DNA from: Podarcis liolepis
Lineage: Eukaryota
Direction: 5' to 3' (one strand)
Assembly: GCA_965112155.1 (NCBI GenBank)
Contig: OZ218100.1
Length of the DNA stretch: 64,000 nucleotides
Below the pieces are notes generated by a model, which saw only the letters and a program-made list of their open reading frames with translations, ran no database searches and was not told the origin of the DNA. Below are positions 1 through 12,300 of the stretch, piece by piece (within the stretch, counting starts at the first letter, position 1; each line of letters begins with the position of its first letter). Position numbers and translations under genes: made by a program.

Positions 1-314
1 CTACAGATCCATAAGCATTACTGTCCAGATAAACTACTGTACCAAACCCACAGAGAGGCATGTTGACAAGAGCCCTGAACTTAGAATGAGTACAGGGCTC
101 ACCAAATGGTCTTAAGATCCTTGGAACCTTTAGGGTTTGGGGCAAAAGAGGTTACATAGTTGTATGATTTAACCTGCTCAGGTAGTTATTTGCTGAAACT
201 AACAATGAGGAGGTAGAGGGAGAACCATGACAGCAAACTGACTTTTACAAAGCTAATCCCTCCCCAATGTCAGAACCCCCCAGTTAGTCCACAAACAGTC
301 AAGCTAACACTTAC

Positions 315-368
315 TAATGGTCCAGGGGGTCCTCTTGGTCCAGTTGGGCCATCTTTTCCAGTGAACCC
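315..368 (-). CDS. COL12A1: COL12A1 COL2 exon, 54 nt ([18 protein letters not shown])
   Basis: ctag|GGGTT...TTA|gtaagt. Confidence 0.94.
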
Positions 369-3300
369 CTAGTTGAAAAGTGAAAGTTTATGCATTATTG
401 TTTTGTTTCTTTAAAAGGATAAGCTAATTCCATGATGACTGGTTTAGGCTAATGTCTATTAACTATTCATATATATGTTTAAAAGATATTGCCAGCCTAG
501 GTGTGATTTAGTTCTGTGGTTCAATTACGCTGACATCAACTAGTTATCATGTGAATGTATCAAGGCTTTTCTCTGATTGAGAATTCATGCTGAATACTAA
601 AGCTCAGTTACTTGTGAGGAAGTTCCAACATCATCATCTTCTAATGTGTTACACCTAAGACTCTGTTTCCCTCTTTCTCCTGTTGTTTGCTTTCTCACAC
701 CCAGCCTTTTTTGTTAGTTGGCGGGATTCACCTAACCAGCCTTTTCAACGTAAGCTCTCTGCAAGGACATCTTCCAGCACAATGGAGCTTTCCCCACTCT
801 TCACATCATGCGCCCCTTCACCCCACCCCCCAAAATGGCTGAGAATAATGAGCACTCATCCAAAAAGTCACTCAAGAAAGAAAAATATTAACTAATCAAG
901 AGTAGTGGTCATAGCTGTCATATTAATTTCAAAGAGAAAGCACATTTAGATAACCAGACAATATCAAGAGAGTAGTTTATTTCTAATTCTAAAACTTTAC
1001 TGTTCCTCTCTCAATCTAAACTTAGCCAGAGCCTTTACTCTGATGGTCTGCACAGTTTGACTTTTCACGTACAATCAAAACCAACCTTAAGCATTTGGGT
1101 GATGGTAATTATTATTTTTTAAATGCTGCCTCCCACCCATCCATTAGGGATTCTTTTGGTAGGTTTGGCAGACTTTCTTCATTCATTCACCCTGACCCTG
1201 TGAAGTCCTGCTGAGGAAATTCTACCCTGTGGTATTCCTAAAGTCAAGCCAGGTGGCTTCTCCTTACACAATGTTCTATGATGTTCTCCCGTCAAAGGGA
1301 GCAGTGTCATCCATATATTTATTTTGCCATGAGTACATAAAGAAGAAACACAATGTAAGTTAAAACACAGTTCATGTACAAGCATTGAAATGGTGCCCCT
1401 CACCAGCTCACCTCCTTTTGGTACTCAAAAAGGATGTCCTACTCAAAACTAGTAAACAATTTCCATGTAGGAAATTGTTGTGTAACTAGGAATCTTTGTC
1501 CAACAATGGCACAGCCCTAGACCTACTGTGATCATCAACAAATATAAAACAAAAATGCTTACCCTATCACCTGGAGGTCCCATTGGGCCAGGGGGCCCAG
1601 GTAAGCCTGGAGATCCCTACAGAAGAAGAAAAGTATTAATCAGATAGAGTTATTGAGTTATGCAATACAAGACACACATTTGAGAGTACCAACAAGCATA
1701 GAGACAGAGGTGATCTGGTTGACACAGTTGACTTGGACTTTCAAAAAGCTTTTGACAAGGTACATCACCAAAGACTCCTGAGTAAGCCTAGCAGCCCTAT
1801 TCTGGAGCAGGAATAGGTTAAGTAGAAAGAAGCAGAGAGTAGGAATTAAGGAACAGTTCTCCAAATGAAGGGATGTAAAAAGTGGATAGTGAGGCCTCTG
1901 AGCTTGAGAGTCTTTTTTCTTGTGTTGTTGCCCAGTTTTGCTGGAACTTTGATGCCTTCTTTGTTTCCTTAAAACCTAGTCCCATTTCTCAGTACCAATT
2001 CACAGCTGATACATGATGTGGTTTTGCACCTGTGTGGTCTTGTTTTATTACTTTGTACTTCAATAGCATTTTGTCTCATCTGTTGAAGAGCAAGTGAAAC
2101 TGCTGCATTTTTTGCTCTATAAGGCTCACTTTTTCCCTCCTAAAAAATAAGGGGAAATGTTTGTGCGTCTTATGGAGCGAATGCAGGCTGCGCAGCTATC
2201 CCAGAAGCCAGAACAGCAAGAGGGATTGCTGCTTTCACTGCGCAGTGATCCCTCTTGCTGTTCTGGCTTCTGAGATTCAGAATATTTTTTTTCTTGTTTT
2301 CCTCCTCCAAAAACTAGGTGCATCTTGTGGTCTGGTGCGTCTTATAGAGCGAAAAATATGGTAAACAGAAACTTCTTCATACCAGGCTACAAGTGAGAAC
2401 TTAATATATGTTAGCACTTATGGGACATGTGCAGCATAAGTAGCATGACCATATTATTTTTTTTAAAAGCAAACTTACTGAGCGACCAGGTAGTCCTGGC
2501 TCTCCAGCATCACCTTTCATCCCTTGACGACCCTAGGAGGAAGAAATACTGCAAGTTTTAGAAGGTGCCATTCATCATGCAAACTGGGGTGGGAAGACTT
2601 GGAGTGATTATCCCTTGAATCCCAGCCCCACAGTGTACAGCCCATCCCATTCACCAGACTGGGGGGTTTCTAGGGAAGACTGGACTGCTTCTTCCAGCCC
2701 CTTTGTCATTCTTTCCTCTGGTTTACCTACACAGCCTACAACACATGATTTAGTTTCTCAGAATACAGTGACATGATTAACTATCAGAAAATAGTTCAGA
2801 GTATGCCAGATAATTGCCTAATCTTTTTAAAGCATAAGAATTTATCTGAAAATGCAGAAAGGCATGTTCCTTCTAAATCACCACAACAATAGTATGGCTA
2901 TTATTTTTGTGTGTAATCTGCCAGTATTGCAATGCTTGTAAATATGATGTCATGTGTTAAAGCACTTATTCCCAGTATTTTCTACTATGTGACGAACAAT
3001 GTCAAAACACAATAGTTAAAGAGTATCTGAGAGCACTAAATATGCTGTCTTGGTCTCTCCAAAAATAGAATGCCTGTTTACTCACTGGTTCTCCTGTAAT
3101 GGAAAGTCCATTTGGCCCCTGTGGTCCTGGTGGTCCTTGAGGGCCTCTAGGTCCTACATCTCCGTGAGCGCCAGGTGGCCCCTTAAAGTAGAAAAAGAGA
3201 GAAACCCATTTGCTAGCTAGCCTTTTATTCTTCCAAAGTGGTTATCTTAAAGAACATACGTAAAAGATGGATTCACATAATATATTTTCACAAGGTGACA

Positions 3301-6300
3301 GCATTTATAAAAGGCCTGTCTAGAAATCTGAGGGTTCTACTGTATTTCGGCCCTCTGCCGAAACTCTTTTTTTAGTGCATTTAGAAACACTGGTAGCCAT
3401 CAGCCGAGGTAAAACTTTGCCTTGCTGGTGAGCTTGTCACATTGTAGCAGCTTTATCAAAATATTATGTAGTTTAAAGGTGTGAAAGATGATAAGCCAAG
3501 AGTGTCGCCATTATTGCTTGGTGGCATTATTTGATACAAATATTGGTGCCTCCATTGTGATGTTGGCAAATATTGCCTCAGGTTCCTCCACAAAATACAT
3601 ATGATGAATCAATCCCACATAACTTCCTGGGACAGGGAAGAACAATGCAGCAGAACTGACATCCTTTCTCTTATATCTTCTTCACATGTGTATTAACGAT
3701 AGAAACTGAAGGCAATTGAAGGGAAGCAAAGTGAGATACAGATATTATAATTTCACATGAATGAGGTTGATTTCAGAGGTAAAACTGTCATAGAGTGAAT
3801 TCTCAGTAAGATTAATTCTCCCTGGTGTGTGTGTCTATATGGTACAGATATTTGCAAAGATATTTCTTGAATTCACAGTAGACTAAAAATGTAGCATACG
3901 ATGTGGTTCTAATATATAGAACTAAATACTGATACTTTAACTTTAAATAACTACTTGGTTAAATGCCTTTTTTTAAAAAACCCAAGGGAGGAGACAAAGC
4001 AGTTACCAAACAATCCTGTGTATGTCTGCTCAGGAGTAAGCCCTACCGAGTTCAATAGGACTTACATCCACGTAAGTGTGTATTTTAGGCAGATACTCAC
4101 AGAGGGCCCAGTTAAGCCTCTTTCGCCTCTTGGTCCCTTAGCACCTGGGCCTCCCTAAAACAAAAACATGCAAATAATGAGTATAGATAGATGGATAGAT
4201 AGATAGATAGACATGGAAGTCCAAGATCATATATGCATGCAAATATTACTTTTTGCAAGTAGCTATATTACTTCTTGCAAGTAGCTGAATGGTGAAGCAG
4301 AAGGTTCAGTATGGGCTCATTCAAAGCACAAATAGAGACTAACAAACTTTAGAACAACATATTGTGGGGCTGTGGGGTTCAAACTGCTCACTACAAGATA
4401 AAAATACTAAAAACAACAAAGAAAGCTATGAAGTCTAGCTGTGCTTAGATGTAGTTTTTTCACCAGACTTGGCAGTGATATTGTTGCCCAATGTACACAC
4501 GGTGATTATTGCCAGTGCATCAATACTGCTGTAAAGGTTTCAGTAACACTTTAAGCGGTACCTAGAAAAACCGATTTTAGTTCCCAATAGTACAACAAGC
4601 ATTGCTGCCATAGTCATGTGTACAGTTATTGTTGTAGGAATGTGTTGGGTAGTAACATCATCATGGTGACAAGAAGCACTCCCCCATTGCACAAAAACAG
4701 AAGAAAACCCACATGCACACCTGGGCTGTTTTTAAACATTTGCTAATAATTTTTAATACAGTAAAGAAATTGTGAATATATACCTCTTCATGCAGCAGGT
4801 CTATTATTGTATAACTCTCTACAAATATAGTGTGGAAGGGTATCTGCTCCCACACAGTAATGTCTCACTATTTCAAGAAAAAGATCTCACTTTTTAAAAT
4901 ACACTTTTACTCTGAATGGTGCGCACTTCCCCTTCTGCAGCACATTCAACAACAAATTTCTCTTTGTCTTTCCTTAAATTACCTCTTAGGAGTGAAATTA
5001 ATCTGATCAGAAGTGTGATGATACAATCTCGTCAGTTTCACCACTTCATTGACTGGCATGATAGTCGTAGAAGTCACTGTGGTTAGGAAATAGAGGGAAA
5101 TGGCTCCCCTGCCCCCCGCAACACTTCTTCTACCCACCTCCCCCAATACTTTTGTATAATTATCAACCACCAGGCCTCCTCAGTTGGCTCACCAGCCCAT
5201 TTTGACCATATGCAGTGCTTCAGACTTGCCACCAGTTCAAATGCCGGGCTTCTGAAGTGCCAATGGTCAGGAGGACTTCAAAGGGCCATACAGGGCTGTT
5301 TGCAAGGGATCCATTTCCTTACTCCTGTGCTAGAGCATCAACAACCAAAAGCTGATGCTATACTAATTCTGGTGCTGCAGCTAATTTGGCTCCCTGTGCT
5401 AGTGTGAACAGAGAGGTTGTTGCCGTCATCATTGACCTCTGCTTCCTGAGGTCATTGGAGTTCTATGGATTCCAGTTTGTTAATCTGAGGTACTCTACAG
5501 AGTCACATGTCTGGTAATCACAATGCAATAATTTTGCTTACAGCAGGTCCTGGAGGTCCTGGAGGTCCCACGCTGTCTTGTGTGCATGTGCAAGCATTTG
5601 GTAACGATGGGCATTTTGCTTCATCCCTCTGAAAATTAAAGGACAAACATCTGTCATTTCCCTTGAATATTTTTTTAAAGGGTGATCACCAAGAGAATGG
5701 TTTCAAATGTGTTTTTTATTGTCTGTAGCATGTTTAAATTATATTTTTAAGGGCAGGCAGACAGACAGGAGAGAGAACTGAGACTCAAGGTTGCCTGGGA
5801 ACCATGATGGCTGGTGTGGAAGTCTTGCTGCTTAGTCCAAAATGCACATTGCTCATGGACTCAGCAGATGTTTTGCTACACTTTTTATGACTTCCTATAT
5901 TGTAGGACTTGTCCTTAGGACTAAAAACAGATTCAGATAAATTGATTTACCTATACACATAGTAATATACACATACGAATTAAAGAAATTCATGTTGCTT
6001 ATGTGTGCCATAGGGGGTTTCTCTAAAGGTCATCCAGAGTTATTGCTTCCATATAATCTGTGACCGATATGAGGGAAAATTCAATGCTGTCATCCTGCTT
6101 CTGAAACAGTTAATAATCCAACAGAAGTGTCTGATAGCAGAAGAGGAGGGAAAACAATATTCTCCTATCATTCTTTCCCCTAGAAGTCCCCTGTGCCACT
6201 TTCTGGAGTGTTCCCAACCTCTGTAACAGATTTTCAGGGCTGCTTGGGTTTCAGAAGGAAGGTGTATCAGAAAACCATTCTGAAGAACAAAAAAGAGGAC

Positions 6301-9300
6301 ACTTTTGCCGACTTTTACTTTTAACTATGGATTGCTATTTTGACTCTACCAATGAAAAAGAGGATGTGTCCTGGAAAAAGAGGACATGTGTCTACTCAGA
6401 GTAGACACTGTTTGCACTCATTTGGGAAGAGGGATACTGTATTGAGTTTTCTTAAACAAACACAAACTTTGGGGCAGAAGTCGATAAGAAGTTGCAAGTC
6501 TCAAAATGGTACTGAAACAAAAAACATGGAGAACTTTAATAAGATAGTAAATTGCCCAGCATATTTTAGTAGAAACATTTCTTCAGGGCACAAGGGTTCA
6601 ATTTGTTATTCTTGTAAGACTACATCTCTTTTTCATCTTTTCTCCTCTCTCTGGGCAGAAGCCACACAGTGTCCTCCACTTGACCATCGCTCAACAATTC
6701 TGCCTTCCTTATCTGAACTTTTCTTCCACCTTTAGCCCATTACAGATTAGTGCAAATTCACCCTTTTGAGTTTTGCCTGCTAATTTACACTAGCAGTAAC
6801 TAAAACATGACTATTTAATCATCCCATAGCTCAACTACCCCATTATTCCATCTCTAATTCGACTCTCACATACTCAATTAAAAAACCCCAACAGCATTTA
6901 TGAGGATATATATGAGTAGAATAGGGCAAAATTATTGCTTATTTTAAAAATAAACCCTCAAATCTTGACATACGTATGCGAAATGTATCTGTAAGGGATA
7001 AAATTGGACTGAAATGTGGCCTGACTGTACCTAAGTTCAAAATAGCAGCATTTATAATATGGTTCTGGTAAAGTATCTGCATTCTTGCCCTCTGAGTCTC
7101 AGGATGATTCAGAGTCACATAAGCAATTTGTCATTCCCAACAGGGACCTTTCAAACATTATTCCGCATTATCCTCTGTGTAGGACTGGCGCAGATTGTTA
7201 ACATGAGGCTCTAAAAATTATATTTACCCTAGAAGGAATGTCACAGCACCTATCTCTGCTAGTCCAAACAGCATTACATACGATGTCGAAGCTCTGGATC
7301 TCTAACTGTAAGACAAAAACACAAATGTCTTCAATGTTACATCTGCAGAAAATTTCAAAAAAATAGTCATGCAGGGTGATATTATGCAATAATCATTTTT
7401 GCCATTCAGCCAAGGCAGTAAAATGCTATTCAGCAACACAGAATAGGACAACATTGAATAAATGGTCACTTAATTGTTTACTTTGGATCACAGACATTTT
7501 TAACAAAGCACACATAAGATTTGTTTAATGCAATAAATGTCTTGCAGCTTTATATATTAGTACATAAAAATAGCAGTGGGAGAAAGTTGTTCAGATAATA
7601 GAAATATTTTCCCAGCCAAAGACTATGTGACTCAAGCCCTTTCATGACTGAGTCATGCTACTGTTGACTCATATGTTGAGGCTACTAGATCAGAAGGCCA
7701 ACTTCTATTCTACGACAAATGCCATGGGGATATCTTGATTAAGCACACAGATGCATTGTGGGATTTTTTGATGGAGATCAGAAAACTCTAACTTGTTCAT
7801 TTACATTTATATTTTGGTCTGAGAATACTCCAGTCAACTTCTCAGAGCTACAGCTTTTGGTTCATATGGTAATTTTGACTAAAAATTACCATTTACATTG
7901 TAACAAGGAGCAAACAAGTTCATCCATCTTGGACTGAACATTTATCCTAAGTCAATATAAAAGGAACTGACTTCATGGCATAAAATTGGTCCAGAGCTGG
8001 GCAGATGAGTAGTTTTTGTGATATGTGATAGTGTCTTGTGTGTAATCCAAAGAGCATTATTTGGTGAAGTAGGGTATCACTATGAAAACTCCTGCCACAA
8101 TATATTTGTTATTAAGATGTCATTTGAGTCTTGTTGGCCATTAGGTATACCTTAAACGTTGTAAGTAGACTCTTAATAAGGATTTCAAAATACATTTTGC
8201 ATGTGCTTGGAACGGATATAAATTAAAGCTTTTTACTTACTGTTGCTGTTTTCCTGTCACCTTTCTGTAGTTTACCCAGTATTTCATAGCCATCAGTTGT
8301 GATATTTCCACCCTCTTTAATTGGTTTTTCCATTATTTCAAGGCAGTCAATGTAAATTTTAGCATTTGTGGGAGTTACAACAATATGAACCTGTAGAAAA
8401 ATTATTAGAAACATAACTAAATGCATGTATGTTTTTTATACACCTTAGATTTGCTGTTTAAAGTTGTTAACTATTTAAAAGGTATAGGGGCACTGATCTA
8501 CGCATGGGTCCTCCACATGCAAGGGCTTCTTTACTAAGAAAGGCAACAGCTCCATATAAAGTTGTTCTTGGGACTTAAAAGCGGGTGCCCAAGTAAGTTG
8601 GTGAGCATTGGTTCGGGCACTAAGGTCTGGATCAAGGTATGTAATTATTTATACAAATAGTTGAGGTGGCTAAGACCAACTATGACCATATGAGTAAAAC
8701 ATTCTCGCAAGATATACTGTAGATAGAAGAATTTAAGAGAGGGTGGGTTTGTTTTGTTCTTTCTTGTCCCAGAACATTATTTTTCCATTTTTCCTTTCCA
8801 CACAACAGTGGTTGTATTTGAACAAAATGGTCTCACACGCTCCCCCCACCCCTCTCCTCCTCTGGCATGACCACAAGGAGATCAAAAGCTTCCACTTCTG
8901 TTCTGAGATTAACCACAGTTTAGTGTGTTGTCCAAACCCCAGACTGTAGTTAAATTTAACTATGGCTAATAAAAATAAGACTAGCTCATCAACTCCTTCG
9001 CCATGGTTTGAAGTCAGCATGTTTCCTTAACTATAGTTAATAATAATCAGTTGTCTAGATTTGGGCAACATGACAAAACTACAGTCAATCAAAAGTGGAT
9101 GGGAAGGCTTCCAGATTCCTTCTCACAGCAAAGGTGCAGAAGCAGGGAGAGCGCACAGGCCTGGACAAAAGCTAAGCTCATTCTTGTAATGTTAAATGTT
9201 TTTGTGGTCCCTAAAATATGGTTTAGCATTATTTCTGCAGCTGTCCAATGTCTTGGATTTAGCCACAGCCAGTAGAAGTTGCAATGCACAAGAGTTCCAA

Positions 9301-12300
9301 ACATCTCTCCCATTCATAGAAACTGGGTGGAATAGATGGGATGGGGTAGAGAGAATAATGTTCCTCATTTTTACAAGACTAGACTGAGAATTTGAAACAT
9401 TAGATTTACTTATTCATATTTTTCGGGGGGGGGGGACTGTGCTACCACCACATACTAGCATTTCACAAAAGGAATACTAAGAGTTCCATTTTGCATCTTT
9501 CTTATCCAATGTAAATAATTTTTTTAAAAAAAAAAATACTATACTTCTGCTAGCTTTGTAACAGTTACATTTTCCATACTGTTTGCTTTATACACTTTGG
9601 AATGAAAGAGTATCTAGCAGAGGCCTTGCTTGGATAAAAGGGATATGCTTCTGTTGGAATACATCTATAACAAAATATCACAGGACAGTGCCAAAAGCTG
9701 AGTAATACATTTGGACCACAAATCCATGAGAAATGGAAAGACATTCCAGCACTGATCAGCTTTCAAACACAAGTTTATTAAAGTTCCCTCCTCAATTGTT
9801 TGAAAGCTCATCAAGGGTTTCCTGCCATTTTACCACTTCAAGATCTGACTGTATTTCAGTGCCCTTTCTGATAGTTTATTTGTAATTATAATGTCATTTC
9901 TATAGCTGCATTAAGTCATGTTTAGCAGGAAGGAAAACTGTATATCATAGATGTTTATATTTATGATTTCTTAAAAGTTCTTGACAATTTAAAATAAAAA
10001 GTAAAGCATCTGTTTATCCAGAGTTAAATCCCATAAATATTTGTTATTATATTATGTGGCACTAAATTGCTGCAAAAATGTGTGTAGATGCAACTAAATA
10101 GCTCTCCATGGTGTTATAGCTATATAGATCTGTCCATGTTTGTAGTTGGTTTATATAAAATATTTATAGCCTGCCCTTTATCAATGAAAGTGAGTATACG
10201 TTTCTTCTGCTGGAAAGCTAAGGCAAAGGCTGAGGGCCAACCTACAGATTAGAGGCTTATTTCTTCTTCCATATTTTTTAAGCAGCTGTGAGAAACTGAG
10301 GACTGGCTGAAGGGAAAAGCTACATGACCATTCCTGCTTCTGCTGTTCTGTGCAAAGTAACCCCATCCCAATACTTTTCTCCTGGGAAGGGAATAGATAT
10401 GAGGACCTTATATCTCTTCCCCTGGTGATGGGACAGTAGCTGCAGGGGGCCATTTTCAGCATGTAAAGAGCAGAAAGCAAAAGCATTTAGGAGCTCTTCC
10501 CTTCTGTCAGCCATCTGCCCCCAGTTGCAGCTTCCTGTGTCAGCTATTTTTTTAAAAAAATTAAGTGCTGCAAGGGAGAGTAATGGAACTTCTATCACAT
10601 GTAGTTTGGTTCATAATGGCGAGGCACAGAATAAAAACCATATGGTTCTATAAGAGTTCTTTGATACTGCTTTAATTACTGAATTACTAAGCCAACACTT
10701 TCCCAAAGAGTCTTGCTGGATTCATTCACTATCACTACAGCAATGCTACTCAACATCCAAAGAACTGGGCCAAAGCAAATTTTCCACAAGTAGCCAATAT
10801 TAAGTTAGCTATTTTTCATTGAGTGAACATATAACTCGTTGAATGAACACCACAAAAATGTTTCATATTTTGGAAGGGTTCAATCCAATTTTTAAAAGTT
10901 TGGCATATTCTTAATATTGGATATTTTTAACATGAAAATTACCATACAAAATATGTTGCAATTTTTTCCTCTTTTGCTAAAGCTAGGTCACTTATTTCAT
11001 GTGTACACACACACAAACATGATAATTCATTGCATAATTATCCAAACTCATGTGCTGAGTTGTGCTACACATAATAAGCAGATGACAGAAAATATGGGGT
11101 GCTGGATGTTGTGAAGCGCCCTAAGATATATGGTTATAAACTTTGTTATACAAATTTTAATCATCATCATTATCTATGCAGGAAGCGCAATTGTAGACCA
11201 GCTCTGAAGGTTCCTTCTCTTTAGCTTTGAAACATTCTTTCTAATGAATTACCTAATCTCCTACTGATGACAAACAATGCAATGGCATTCAGAAATCATA
11301 GCAGGCCCATATTATAGTATTTACCACCTTTTAGCTGTGATTCTGAACTCAATTACTTGCAATCAAGCCCCTTTGAACTGGACATATTCAATATGTTAAC
11401 CTATCATAAATATTCAATCTACGTTAACGGTAAAAGCTCAAGAATATTTGCTTGAATTGACTTATGAATTATTAAATCTATCTATATCTACTAACTAGCA
11501 AGTATGGTTTTTGTTCTCAAGAAAAATGCTTTTGTTCATAACAATTTGCATACAATTGTCAGCATTTACCTTGTGGAAACTTCCATAAAAGAGTTTCTTA
11601 ACTTCATCACCTTCAAATGTTACTGTCTGAACCTCTCCTCTTGTGTCCTTGTTAAAGAATGATAATACTTTGCTGGATGCTGGGGGAGGAAAAAAAATTA
11701 TTGACTATATGCATGGTTAATTAGTTACAGATTTATAACACTCCATGCCCCCAGTAACATATGCAGTCTAATTTGATTAAACCTGTCAGAAGCAGCAAAG
11801 AATGTATTACTAGGGCCAAATCATGAATGTTTATTATCCACTTGTCTCAGGTTTACTAATAAAAAATAAACAGAAATAATACCAGATTCATGGTCATTAC
11901 ACATTGTAAAGTACATTATTTGATGTCTCGGGGCCCAAATAAATATCAACCTATCATAAAACTTTAAATGGATAGGACACAACAAAGCTCACTGGCACAG
12001 AATGCAAGCCAATTACTGGAGCACTTTGGATAAGTACGCTTTGAGATAAGCCAAACACTGTGTTAAAACACCTGGTGCCAATGCTTGCTGCAGGTGGCTG
12101 AGAGATGAATGGCTTCTTGCAGTTCCCAACTTGCCAGTTTCCCTCCCTCAAAACTCAGACACCACATAGAAGTAGCATGATTTATGGCGGTTTAACTCTG
12201 AAGGAAGATTATTTCAGTATAAAGATGAAAGCAAAACTTCCTGGTATTTACTTATTCTTTTAACATGCCACCAGAATATGATGAACTAGAGAAACATCTG

